Part shown: positions 16,349-24,695 of the stretch, piece after piece
How the letters are laid out: each line of letters starts with the position of its first letter
How positions within the stretch are numbered: position 1 is the stretch's first letter
NCBI RefSeq assembly: GCF_000015225.1
Contig: NC_008698.1
Location: 180,001 to 212,000 of the forward strand
Direction of reading: 5' to 3'
Source of the DNA: Thermofilum pendens Hrk 5
GTDB taxonomy: Archaea > Thermoproteota > Thermoprotei > Thermofilales > Thermofilaceae
Length of the DNA stretch: 32,000 nucleotides
The notes under the pieces: model-generated
The model's input: the letters and a program-made list of their open reading frames with translations, nothing else
What the model was told of the DNA's origin: nothing
Database searches by the model: none
Translations under genes and position numbers: made by a program

Positions 16349-16957
16349 TCACTCACGCCTCGTCGCGCGAGTAAGGGAGCGGTAGGCGTGCGCCACTCTT
16401 TGGAGCACAGTAATGTAGGTAACAAGTATAAGTACCCAGAGCACAGCTCGGGCGACAATGCTCGCACCTATCAGAATGGCGAAGAAAACTGAGAATTTCA
16501 ACAGAAGCCTTTCAGCCCTCTCGGCTATCCCTATACCGGCCATTTTTACCCCCAGCGACTCGGCTCTAGCCCTCGTGTAGCTCACAAGGTACTCGCCCAG
16601 TACCAGGAAAATCGTCTCGTAGGCGCTGGCAACCCCTACAAGCATGAGGGCGAAGGAGGTTAGAGTGTCGCTCACCCTATCGAGTGTAGAGTCTAGGAAC
16701 GCTCCGAACGCGCTCACCCTACCGGTTTTCCTGGCTACGTAGCCGTCTAAGACGTCCATTAAAGAGGCGAGGGTGAAGACGGCCAGGAACGACGGGAGCG
16801 AACCTGTCCATGCGAGTAGCGCCACGGAAGACGCGTTTAAAGCAAACCCCAGCACAGTGATATGGTTTGGTTTTAGACCAGTTGCGGCGATGGCGTCGCC
16901 TAGTGGCGAGAAAGCTCTCTCTACGCGTTGCTTGATATTCGTAAGCACAGCCGTCAC
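16349..16957 (-). CDS. CDP-alcohol phosphatidyltransferase (archaetidylinositol-phosphate synthase-like)
   Basis: Complete DGx2ARx8Gx3Dx3D motif: DVLDGYVARKTGRVSAFGAFLDSTLDRVSD. Six TM helices. The GTG start overlaps the nac stop (GTGA). Confidence 0.85.
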   Translation of the reverse strand: MTAVLTNIKQRVERAFSPLGDAIAATGLKPNHITVLGFALNASSVALLAWTGSLPSFLAVFTLASLMDVLDGYVARKTGRVSAFGAFLDSTLDRVSDTLTSFALMLVGVASAYETIFLVLGEYLVSYTRARAESLGVKMAGIGIAERAERLLLKFSVFFAILIGASIVARAVLWVLILVTYITVLQRVAHAYRSLTRATRRE

Positions 16958-17310
16958 CGCTTCCTCTGAGACAGCGAGAGAATCGCCTTAGCAATGTCTC
17001 CCCCAGACTCTATGAGGGCTCTCTTGGCCTCTTCCGGGGAAGCCCCCGTCCGGAGAACGACGAGATCTATGTCCTCCTGCGAGATCTCGAGTTGCTGAGG
17101 TTGCTGTTCTCCCGGGACCTCCTCCTCTACACCCGTCACGTAGTAGATTTTTCCTCCACCCTTAATCTCGAGAACCTGTACTTCGGGTGATCTTATGATG
17201 ATTGTTTTCCCGGCAAGCTTTATCTGCACTTCTTGAACACCTTCTATAGGCTTAAAAACCAAGCCCATCCTTTCAAGCATTCTCCTCTGCTCCCTATTCA
17301 ACCTCATCAT
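16954..17310 (-). CDS. nac: Nascent polypeptide-associated complex protein (archaeal NAC)
   Basis: MMRLNREQRRMLERMGL...EVQIKL.GKTIII..PEVQVLEIKG NAC domain plus a C-terminal UBA-like EDIDLVVLRTGASPEEAKRALIESGGDIAKAIL. The track start is GTG 17322. ATG 17310 fits homologue N-termini. Confidence 0.88.
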   Translation of the reverse strand: MMRLNREQRRMLERMGLVFKPIEGVQEVQIKLAGKTIIIRSPEVQVLEIKGGGKIYYVTGVEEEVPGEQQPQQLEISQEDIDLVVLRTGASPEEAKRALIESGGDIAKAILSLSQRKR

Positions 17311-18028
17311 CGAGGCATTCACCCAGGTCTACTACTGTCTCTAGTGAGACGCGCGAGACTATATTCTTTGCTACATCTACTACCGGTGCTTTTGTCTTCT
17401 CCAGGATTACAGAGTCGCTGGTCGCTACGGCTGCCCCCTCCCACTCCGACAGCTGGATCACCGTGTTGTCCGCGTTGGGAGAAATAATGCTCCAGCACTC
17501 GTGCCCCAGGAGAGAAGCGAAGCTCTTCAGTATACCGGCGAACCTAGCGCTGAAGCTTACCTGTGAGTCGAAGACGAAGACCGCCCTCTCTACGCCGAGG
17601 CGCGAGAGGTAGGAGAGAAGCACATAGAGGGCGGAGACGTAGAGGGGGGAGAAGCTTATCCTCCTGTAGCCGGCGGCGAGGTCTCTTACTATGCCGTCAT
17701 TCCCAACGACGAGGACATCTCCTAGGAGAGCTGAGGAAACAGTCCCCACTTGGTTGAACGCGTCAACGACGAGAAGACCGGTGCCGAGGGATTCAAGTTC
17801 GGCTAAGCGTTTCCTCCTCGATGCCGCGACCTCTCTTGGGAAGATGGACCTGTAAAGGGCCAGTTTCTCTACCTTGGATAGGCCGTACCTCGCGGTTACG
17901 AGTTCCAGGGACTGCTTCCTGCTGTACCCTCTATTCACCAGGTAGAAGAAGTCTTTGGCGGCTTCGCAGATGAAGTCGCTGTTCAGGGTTATCCTCGTGT
18001 ACCCGGCGGTGGCTTCGGAGCCTTTCAT
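17294..18028 (-). CDS. Uncharacterised protein: DUF434-like N-terminal domain plus YacP/Rae1-like NYN (PIN-like) nuclease domain
   Basis: The ATG overlaps the alaS stop (ATGA at 18025-18028). The N-terminus has FYLVNRGYSRKQSLELV. The C-terminal half carries ordered acidic blocks LLVVDAFNQVG / VFVFDSQ / NADNTVIQL / AVATSDSVI. The existence of the CDS is solid, but the family assignment is from memory. Confidence 0.6.
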   Translation of the reverse strand: MKGSEATAGYTRITLNSDFICEAAKDFFYLVNRGYSRKQSLELVTARYGLSKVEKLALYRSIFPREVAASRRKRLAELESLGTGLLVVDAFNQVGTVSSALLGDVLVVGNDGIVRDLAAGYRRISFSPLYVSALYVLLSYLSRLGVERAVFVFDSQVSFSARFAGILKSFASLLGHECWSIISPNADNTVIQLSEWEGAAVATSDSVILEKTKAPVVDVAKNIVSRVSLETVVDLGECLDDEVE

Positions 18029-20748
18029 CGGCGCTCTAACGCCTGCCTCAAAGCTTCTACGATGACTTTGTCGACGGACTTTGTCTCGTCAATCCTTCCT
18101 TGGTAGAGGTCCCTCACGCCTCCTCCCTTGCCGCGCAACGACTCGCAGACCGAGCGCCCTATCTCCCTCGCGTCTAGTCTGTCGAGGAGATCGTCGGTCA
18201 CTTTTAGCGCGAAGTTTCCCTTCGAGTTGTAGGCAAGGATGACGCTACTCGTACGCGTCCTAGAGATAGCGAGGGCGGCCTCCCGTGGCTCGTACTCATC
18301 GGAGAAGTACACGTAGACCTGCACTCCCTGAACCGTTGCTACGGGGCTTACGCTGACGCCTCCTTTGAGGAGCTCTTCCCTGAGCTTCTTCACCTCCTTT
18401 TCGAGAGCTTCAATCCTGCTCTTCAGGCTCTTCGCCTTTTCCTCTAGACCCTCATAGCTCGCGTCTAGGATTTCCTGAAGGTTCTTCAGCTTATCGCCCA
18501 TTCCTTGCACGTACTCCAAGGCCGGCATGCCGGCCTTGAAAACCACTCTAACCACGCCGTCCTGTATTTTCTCGAAGCCAAGGATCTTTATTAACCCTAT
18601 CTCCCCTGTCCTATCGCAGTGGGTTCCGCCACAGGCTTCGGCGTCCCAGCCCGGTATTTCCACTACTCTTAGCGTCGTCTGGGGGACCGCGCCTCCTTGG
18701 TACAGGGTAAAGCCGAAGGCTTTCTCAGCTTCCGTCCTGTTCAAGAGGTACTTCCTGACGGGCCTATCCTCCATGACCACCCTGTTCGCCAGAGCCTCTA
18801 TGGCCTTAGCCTGCTCAGGCGTAATAGCTTTGTGATGTGTGAAGTCGAAGCGAACATAGTCCGGCGTTTTCTGCGCACCCGCCTGCCACACGTGCTTCCC
18901 GAGCACTGACCGCAGAGCTCCAAGCACAATGTGTGTAGCGGTGTGGTGCCTCATCAGGGCGAGCCTTCTCTCCATGTCCACTACTCCTTTCACCCTCGCT
19001 CCTACCGGTGGAGCGTTGCCCTCGCACTCGTGCACCACTATGTCTCCGACTTTAAACGCGTACTTTACCCTGCACTCGCCTCCCTCGTAAACGAGAACCC
19101 CGGTATCCGAGAGCTGCCCGCCGCCCTCCGGGTAGAAAGCCGTGGAGTCCAGGACGACGTACTTCCCGTCCAGGACTCCGAGAACTGTTGCTTCGAATTC
19201 CGCGAGCTTCTCGTTCTCGTAGTAGAGGAGGCGGGTAGGCCGGAACTCCTTGAGGCGCGAGGGGTCTAGGGGGAGCTGTAGGGCTTCTTTCTGCTGTACC
19301 TGAGCCCTGCTTCTCATCTCCGCGAGCCTGCTGTAGAAGCCTGTGATGTCCGCTTCCAGTCCCTCAGACTCAGCTTTTTCTTTTACGAGCTCGGGGGGTA
19401 CGCCGTGGGACTCGTACAGCTTTACGATTTCCTCTGCTGGCACGACTCGTAGCCCTTTCGACTTCAGCTCGCCGAGCAATGCTCCGAGCACCTTCTCGCC
19501 CCTCTTAACGCTTTCCTCGAACCGCTCCTCCTCTGTGTCGACAATGTCGCGTATCTCGTCCTGGAGCTCCAGGTACTCTGGGAAGTCGTTGCGCCAGTAC
19601 TGTATCTGCCACAGTACTATCTCGCTGAGTGGTAGCTCCAGCTGGAGCCTGCGAAGAAGCCTGAGGCTCCTCCTTATGAGGAGCCTAGCGAGATATCCGG
19701 CACCGCTGTTGGATGGAACTACTCCGTCGCCGAGCATCCACGCGATGGTGCGGGTATGGTCCGCGAGGGCATACAGAGCTTCGTTTGGCTCGAGCACCCT
19801 TTGTAGCTCTTCGAAGGAAATGCCCACTTCCCTCGAAACGTTCCTCAGTGTCTCCAAGGCCTCGAGCGGCTTCTTGAAGTCCAGCCTCCCGCTCTTCAAG
19901 GCTAGCCTGTACATCAGGTCGTCTGGAGGCTTCTCCACGCCGCTGAGCTTCCTTAGCCTGTCTATCACCCCGGAAAACACAGCCTCGTATACGTTGTAGT
20001 GACCAGTTAGCAACCAGTATATTCTCTCCAGGCCGTACCCGGTATCCACTATCCTGTTCTCTATCGGTATCAGGCTACCGTCCTCGGCGGTCTTGTAGTG
20101 CATGAACACGAGCGTGGCTACTTCAAGCCCCCTCACGATGACCTCGTAGTCTTCCCCAGCGTTCCCGCCACCGCTCCACATGTCGAAGATGAAGGTTATC
20201 TCCTCCGGTTTCACTCCGTAAACCTTCGTTAGGACTTCGAAGGCATACTCCACGGTCTCGTTAGCCCAGTAGACCCGCTGATCGCGTATGTTGAAGGCGT
20301 GGTGGGCCATCATCTCGAAGCCTGTCAGGTGCCGCCCGGTCTTACCCACGTTGTCGAGGTCGGTGAGCCTTATGCTGGGCTGGGAGATGACCAAGGGGTT
20401 GGCCGGTGGAGGTACAAGCCCCTCGGTGACCCATGGCTGGAAGTCATAGATGGAGGCCCCCACGAGGTACACGTCTTCCCTCCATCTGGCGACTACGGGG
20501 TAGCGCTTCACGGGTGTATGGTTCCTCTTCTCAAAAAAGTCGATGAACATCTTTCTGGTTGCACTCAGGGATTCCGGCTTTACGCCGACGCTCCTCCCTA
20601 TGAATGAGTACTCCTCGCAGGGTTGATCGCCGCAGACCTTCCTCTCTGGGTCAAGCGTCCAGAAAGTTCTGCCGCACACCGGGCAGGTTCTCTTTATCCA
20701 TCCATTCTCAACGAAGAACGGCAAGTTTACGAAATCCTCCTTCGACAT
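18025..20748 (-). CDS. alaS: Alanine--tRNA ligase (archaeal type)
   Basis: 907 aa. N-terminal zinc-binding CPVCG...C..QPCE, a class II catalytic core, and an editing domain with HHTATHIV and CGGTHC motifs. Confidence 0.96.
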   Translation of the reverse strand: MSKEDFVNLPFFVENGWIKRTCPVCGRTFWTLDPERKVCGDQPCEEYSFIGRSVGVKPESLSATRKMFIDFFEKRNHTPVKRYPVVARWREDVYLVGASIYDFQPWVTEGLVPPPANPLVISQPSIRLTDLDNVGKTGRHLTGFEMMAHHAFNIRDQRVYWANETVEYAFEVLTKVYGVKPEEITFIFDMWSGGGNAGEDYEVIVRGLEVATLVFMHYKTAEDGSLIPIENRIVDTGYGLERIYWLLTGHYNVYEAVFSGVIDRLRKLSGVEKPPDDLMYRLALKSGRLDFKKPLEALETLRNVSREVGISFEELQRVLEPNEALYALADHTRTIAWMLGDGVVPSNSGAGYLARLLIRRSLRLLRRLQLELPLSEIVLWQIQYWRNDFPEYLELQDEIRDIVDTEEERFEESVKRGEKVLGALLGELKSKGLRVVPAEEIVKLYESHGVPPELVKEKAESEGLEADITGFYSRLAEMRSRAQVQQKEALQLPLDPSRLKEFRPTRLLYYENEKLAEFEATVLGVLDGKYVVLDSTAFYPEGGGQLSDTGVLVYEGGECRVKYAFKVGDIVVHECEGNAPPVGARVKGVVDMERRLALMRHHTATHIVLGALRSVLGKHVWQAGAQKTPDYVRFDFTHHKAITPEQAKAIEALANRVVMEDRPVRKYLLNRTEAEKAFGFTLYQGGAVPQTTLRVVEIPGWDAEACGGTHCDRTGEIGLIKILGFEKIQDGVVRVVFKAGMPALEYVQGMGDKLKNLQEILDASYEGLEEKAKSLKSRIEALEKEVKKLREELLKGGVSVSPVATVQGVQVYVYFSDEYEPREAALAISRTRTSSVILAYNSKGNFALKVTDDLLDRLDAREIGRSVCESLRGKGGGVRDLYQGRIDETKSVDKVIVEALRQALERR

Positions 20749-20782
20749 AGGCGCCTCTGCAAAAACAAGGGTAGAACGTTAA

Positions 20783-20796
20783 GCTAATAAATTAAA
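20783..20796 (-). promoter_or_regulatory. TATA-like element (TTTAATTTATTAGC) of the alaS promoter, immediately after the P0 stop
   Basis: Centre about 41 nt upstream of ATG 20748. A T5 run (CTTGTTTTTGC) follows and could also terminate the S19-P0 transcript. Confidence 0.4.
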
Positions 20797-20801
20797 CGCG
20801 G

Positions 20802-21686
20802 CTAAAGCTCGGGTTTTACGGCTTTAAGCCTCTCGTAGAGGGCCTTGGCCTGAGCCTCTGCTTTGGCTAGGATCTGCGGTAACGCTTCTCTAGCCGGGTA
20901 AGCCGCGTTAGACGCGAGCGCTAGCGCCTCAATGTGAGCCTTGGCGATGAGCTGCGGTAGCACTTGCGGTAGTGGCAAAGCTGCGTTGAACGCTAAGTTG
21001 TACGCTTCTGTATGCGCGGAGACCAGCCTGTTCTTCCAGAGGCTTACGTCTAGCTCCACGTCCTTTGGGGATACCACTTTGCCATCGAGGTAGATGGTTT
21101 TTATCTGTAACTTGCTCTCGATGGGCTTTAGACCTAGCTTCGAGAGAAGTTCGGCCAGCTCTGGGGATATTACGTCCCCAGGCTTAGCTACGACGGTGTC
21201 CTTCGCTATCCATATGCTACCTTCCTGGACCCTCGTGGGTATGCCTAGTTTGTTGAAATTGCTAATCATGGGTCCAGGGGGTATGCCCGTGTTACCGGCT
21301 GGCAACACTATCTCGCTGGTCGCGATGTCCCCCGCCCTTGCCTCCCGCATGATTTTCTGCTTGTCCAGAAAGAAGAGTATCTCGAAGGGGTTCTTGTTCG
21401 TGAAGATTACGGCGTTCTGGCCGCGGAGATGCTCCTCTATGCCTTCGACGTACTTCCCGGTGTTCTTGAGTGCCAGCAGGAATATAGTGTTCTTCACGAC
21501 CTTCATCAGGGATCCGTCACTTCTTAGTAGGCTCCTCGAGGTCTTCACCACGGATGCTGGCAACCCCGTGATAGAAGCTACCATGTAGTAGCGGTACTGC
21601 TTTAGGTACCCTGAAAGCTCTTCGAGGAGTTTAGCCTTCCTTGCTCGTGCGGGGCTACTCTTAACGCTAACTGCCTGTAGGCTCAC
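20802..21686 (-). CDS. rplP0: Large-subunit ribosomal stalk protein P0 (uL10), lacking the usual C-terminal acidic tail
   Basis: MVASITGLPASVVKTSRSLLR....MKVVKNTIFLLAL uL10 core, an archaeal insertion domain, and repeated spine helices LPQVLPQLIAKA / LPQILAKAEAQAKAL. The GTG start overlaps the L1 stop (GTGA) and has a GAGAGGTGG SD upstream. Confidence 0.88.
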   Translation of the reverse strand: MSLQAVSVKSSPARARKAKLLEELSGYLKQYRYYMVASITGLPASVVKTSRSLLRSDGSLMKVVKNTIFLLALKNTGKYVEGIEEHLRGQNAVIFTNKNPFEILFFLDKQKIMREARAGDIATSEIVLPAGNTGIPPGPMISNFNKLGIPTRVQEGSIWIAKDTVVAKPGDVISPELAELLSKLGLKPIESKLQIKTIYLDGKVVSPKDVELDVSLWKNRLVSAHTEAYNLAFNAALPLPQVLPQLIAKAHIEALALASNAAYPAREALPQILAKAEAQAKALYERLKAVKPEL

Positions 21687-22360
21687 TTCCTAACCACCTC
21701 TCTGCTGACCTTCACCGGTCTACCCATCGTCAGCTTGAAGTATATCCTGTCTATGTTCGGCGGAGGGAACTTCTTCAAGATCTCCGCCAGAACTGCGCGC
21801 GCGTTCTCAGCTAAATGTTCGACAGGCTGTGTTTCCACCCCGATCCTGCAGGCTATTTGGGGTTCGTCCTTCATTCTAATCCTCACAGACCTCCTGAATC
21901 TCTCTATCAGCGCGTCTAGCGCTACGTTCGGAGGGATCGGTTGAGGCATTTTACCGCGGGGACCCAGGTACTTACCTAGAACTCTTCCTACAAGCGGCAT
22001 GAGGTCTGGTTGTGCGAGGAAGAAGTCGTACCTTTTGGCCAGCTTTTTCGCCGCTTTCTTGTCGTTCCCTATCTTCTGCAACTCATCCTTGTCTACTACG
22101 ATATCCGCGCCTGCCTCCTTAGCTTTCAGCGCGGTATCCCCGCTTGCAATTACGGCTACCTTTGCCAGTTTTCCAGGAGCCGGGTGCGGCAGAGCCACGA
22201 CAGTGTTCAGCCTGTTCTCCGGCTTTTTAACGTCTACGTCCCTGAGTGTAACTATCATCTCGACGCTCTGCGTGAAACGCCTCTTCTTGGGTGACGAGAC
22301 TAGGGCCTCCTTTATCGCCTCTTCTAGGCTCCCAGCGGCTACCAGGGTTTGTGAGCTCAT
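21683..22360 (-). CDS. rpl1: 50S ribosomal protein L1 (uL1)
   Basis: [30 protein letters not shown] and GPRGKMP motifs. The ATG overlaps the L11 stop (ATGA). Confidence 0.93.
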   Translation of the reverse strand: MSSQTLVAAGSLEEAIKEALVSSPKKRRFTQSVEMIVTLRDVDVKKPENRLNTVVALPHPAPGKLAKVAVIASGDTALKAKEAGADIVVDKDELQKIGNDKKAAKKLAKRYDFFLAQPDLMPLVGRVLGKYLGPRGKMPQPIPPNVALDALIERFRRSVRIRMKDEPQIACRIGVETQPVEHLAENARAVLAEILKKFPPPNIDRIYFKLTMGRPVKVSREVVRK

Positions 22361-22863
22361 GCAGCTTCACCCTCGTGCTTCCTTATCTCCTCGTCGTACA
22401 ACCCCTTCTCCACTTCCTCAATAAATACTTTAGGTGGTTTCCCCTCAATCGTTACCCCCATGCTTTGCGCGGTACCAGCCACTGTCTTCACGGCTGCTTT
22501 CAGGGTTGACGCCCCCATGTCTTTCTTCTTGATTTTCGCGATTTTTATCACTTGCTGCAAAGTCAGGTTGCCCACGTTTTCCCTGGACGGCTGGTGGGCA
22601 CCCTTCTCGACTTTCAGTTCCTTGATTATGAGCGCGGCGGTAGTCGGTGTACCTACTTCAACCTCGAAGGTCTTTTTCTCAACGTCGACAGTTACCTTCA
22701 CCGGTACTCTCATGCCGGCGTAGTCGGCCGTTAGCTCGTTTATCCGCTTCACAACCTGCATCACGTTTAGCCCTAGCGGTCCAAGAGCCGGACCTATCGG
22801 TGGACCTGCCGTTGCCTTCCCGCCTTCAACAAGGAAGGTAAAAGTCTTCAGGTTTTGAGACAC
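22357..22863 (-). CDS. rpl11: 50S ribosomal protein L11 (uL11)
   Basis: [29 protein letters not shown] is the canonical uL11 N-domain. GTG start with GGTGAGG 5 nt upstream. Confidence 0.93.
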   Translation of the reverse strand: MSQNLKTFTFLVEGGKATAGPPIGPALGPLGLNVMQVVKRINELTADYAGMRVPVKVTVDVEKKTFEVEVGTPTTAALIIKELKVEKGAHQPSRENVGNLTLQQVIKIAKIKKKDMGASTLKAAVKTVAGTAQSMGVTIEGKPPKVFIEEVEKGLYDEEIRKHEGEAA

Positions 22864-22878
22864 CGCGCCTCACCCAGA

Positions 22879-23304
22879 CTACTTAAGCGCGACAAACATG
22901 GACGAACGCGTAGCCTTGAGCCCAGGCTCGCCATGCTCGACCTTCTTCGTCGTAAGCGCGAACTCCCCTAGGTAGTGCCCGATCTTTTCCGGCGTAATTT
23001 CAACGGGGACAAACTCCTTCCCGTTGTGAACGTGTATTGTTAGCCCGACCATTTCCGGAAGTATTATAAAGTCCCTTAGGTGAGTCTTTATTACTGGCTG
23101 CTTTTTCCCCTCGCTCGCGAGCTTAGCAGCCCGCCTAATCTTCTCTAGGAGCTTGAGGTGCTCCTCGCTCGTACCTTGTTTGAAGACTCTGAGAAGGCTT
23201 CTCCTCTGCCTAGCCGGCATTATCTCGGCTAGCTTTTCTATCGGCATTTGGCGTAGCTCTTCCAGTGTATACCCGCGATACGTGAACTTCGAAGTACTCT
23301 CCAA
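22879..23304 (-). CDS. rps19: 30S ribosomal protein S19 (uS19)
   Basis: [14 protein letters not shown]...MPARQRRSL...[57 protein letters not shown] matches Sulfolobus S19 nearly end to end. The track start (23361) lies upstream of the TATA-like CTTAAATAG (23336-23344). TTG 23304 gives the homologue-length N-terminus ([11 protein letters not shown]). Confidence 0.9.
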   Translation of the reverse strand: MESTSKFTYRGYTLEELRQMPIEKLAEIMPARQRRSLLRVFKQGTSEEHLKLLEKIRRAAKLASEGKKQPVIKTHLRDFIILPEMVGLTIHVHNGKEFVPVEITPEKIGHYLGEFALTTKKVEHGEPGLKATRSSMFVALK

Positions 23305-23335
23305 AGCTATCCCCTTCCCAAAGTTTCTGGTATGG

Positions 23336-23344
23336 CTATTTAAG
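23336..23344 (-). promoter_or_regulatory. TATA-like element (CTTAAATAG) of the S19-L11-L1-P0 operon
   Basis: Centre about 36 nt upstream of TTG 23304. Confidence 0.4.
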
Positions 23345-23367
23345 CTTAGTGTCGCTCGCACTACGGC

Positions 23368-23399
23368 GCAGGGCGCGCAAACGCTACTTCTCGCCCTGC
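23368..23399. repeat. GC-rich inverted repeat GCAGGGCG-N16-CGCCCTGC upstream of the S19 promoter
   Basis: The 8-bp perfect arms are at 23368-23375 and 23392-23399. The repeat lies 24 nt upstream (minus orientation) of the TATA-like box. Confidence 0.85.
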
Positions 23400-23462
23400 A
23401 GACAAAAAACTACTAGAGCTTAAACAAGTATCAAAAGATTGATAACACGCGATAATTCGAAG

Positions 23463-23471
23463 ACTTTATGC
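23463..23471 (+). promoter_or_regulatory. TATA-like element (ACTTTATGC) for the NDH-2-like gene
   Basis: Centre 27 nt upstream of GTG 23494, consistent with a leaderless transcript. Confidence 0.35.
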
Positions 23472-23493
23472 TTGTCCAAACGTCTCCCAACAC

Positions 23494-24669
23494 GTGAGTG
23501 GTAAAACTATAGTCGTCGTAGGCGGAGGCTTCGGAGGCTTCTACGCCCTCAAGACCCTTTCAGGGCTAGGCCTGACGGAGAGAAACAGAGTAGTGCTGGT
23601 GGATAAGAGCAGACGCTTCGTCTACTTGCCGTCTCTACCTTACCTTATTTCCGGGAAGAAAACAGTGGAGGATCTCACGGAGCCCCTTGAGGAGATAGCG
23701 AAAAGGCTGGGCGCAGAGTTCTTGTTAGGAGAAGTCACAAGGGTTAGCCTCCAGGAGAAAACGATCGAGCTTAGCAACGGGGAAAAATTGAGGTACGACT
23801 ACTTGGTGCTAGCGGCAGGTGCTACTACAGAGTACTACGGCATACCCGGTGCCCACCAGGCTCTTCCGGCGTGGAGGCTCGAGGACTACGAGAGAATAGT
23901 GAGGGAGCTCGGCAAGTGCGGTAGCGGTTGCAGAGTATGCATCGCCGGGGGCGGGCTGACCGGCGTAGAAGTTGCGGGCGAAGTTGCCGAGAAGTACGAA
24001 GGGAAGAGTGAGGTGGTCGTTGTAGAGAAGATGCAGATGCTAATGCCTACCCTAAACTCTCAACGGGCATCAAAGATAATAGAGGAATTCCTCTCGAGCA
24101 AAGGGGTCAGGATAATCAAGGGTAACGGTGTCTCAAGTGTTTCGGAGAAAAACCTGAACCTTGAGGACGGTACAAGCATTCAGTGCGACATCGTAGTCTG
24201 GACTGTGGGTGTGAGACCCCCAGACATAAGGTTCGACGTAGATGTGCCCGTGAAGGGTAGAGGGTGGATCTGCGTCAAGCCAACGTTGCAAGTGATGAGC
24301 AGGGACGACGTCTACGCTATCGGCGATATAAACCATTTCGCCGTGGATTCCGACTACGCTATGAAGATGGCCGAAGAAGCTATCCTTCAAGGCAAAACAG
24401 CCGCGAAGAACATAGCGCTACAGATCAGCGGCGAGACCCCACGCTACACGCATAAGCCCATATTCCTTGCTTCAAAGCCGAAAAGCCTCGTGTCCGTCGG
24501 TTACGGAAGGGCGTTGATGATCTGGGAAAACAAGATCCTCTTCGGAAGAGCACCCTATATAAGCAAGATGCTCATAGAAAGCATCGTTATGAGAGACGTG
24601 AAGGGGAAAGTCGGCGGTGGGATAGCAACGTCGCTCGAAAGCAAGATTCTTAGAACAATCTCCGGGTAA
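23494..24669 (+). CDS. Type II NADH dehydrogenase-like FAD-dependent pyridine nucleotide-disulfide oxidoreductase (NDH-2/SQR family)
   Basis: Two dinucleotide folds, IVVVGGGFGGFYA and VCIAGGGLTGVEVAGE, plus the YAIGD motif. GTG start 27 nt after a TATA-like ACTTTATGC. Confidence 0.75.
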   Translation: MSGKTIVVVGGGFGGFYALKTLSGLGLTERNRVVLVDKSRRFVYLPSLPYLISGKKTVEDLTEPLEEIAKRLGAEFLLGEVTRVSLQEKTIELSNGEKLRYDYLVLAAGATTEYYGIPGAHQALPAWRLEDYERIVRELGKCGSGCRVCIAGGGLTGVEVAGEVAEKYEGKSEVVVVEKMQMLMPTLNSQRASKIIEEFLSSKGVRIIKGNGVSSVSEKNLNLEDGTSIQCDIVVWTVGVRPPDIRFDVDVPVKGRGWICVKPTLQVMSRDDVYAIGDINHFAVDSDYAMKMAEEAILQGKTAAKNIALQISGETPRYTHKPIFLASKPKSLVSVGYGRALMIWENKILFGRAPYISKMLIESIVMRDVKGKVGGGIATSLESKILRTISG

Positions 24670-24670
24670 C

Positions 24671-24690
24671 AAAAGTTGTAACAAAAATTC
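24671..24690 (-). terminator. Oligo-T termination signals after rpl2
   Basis: The minus strand reads GAATTTTTGTTACAACTTTTG starting 6 nt after the L2 stop, with T5 at 24683-24687 followed by a T4 run. Confidence 0.4.
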
Positions 24691-24695
24691 GATCT

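Noticed and set aside
20749-20801. Search for a P1/L12 gene or a frameshifted P0 tail downstream of P0.
   Set aside because: Only 53 bp are available before alaS, and they are occupied by an AT-rich promoter-like element. No ORF is possible there.
23355-23366. Shared motif (C)CGTAGTGCG / TAGTGCGAG just 5' of TATA-like boxes at the S19 promoter (23355-23366, minus), inside the L3-promoter palindrome (27598-27615) and at 1055-1063 (plus).
   Set aside because: The 10-mer CCGTAGTGCG also occurs inside the rpl3 coding region (26688-26697, antisense). A 7-mer core is expected several times by chance in 64 kb of two-strand sequence. I cannot show enrichment without a genome-wide motif count.
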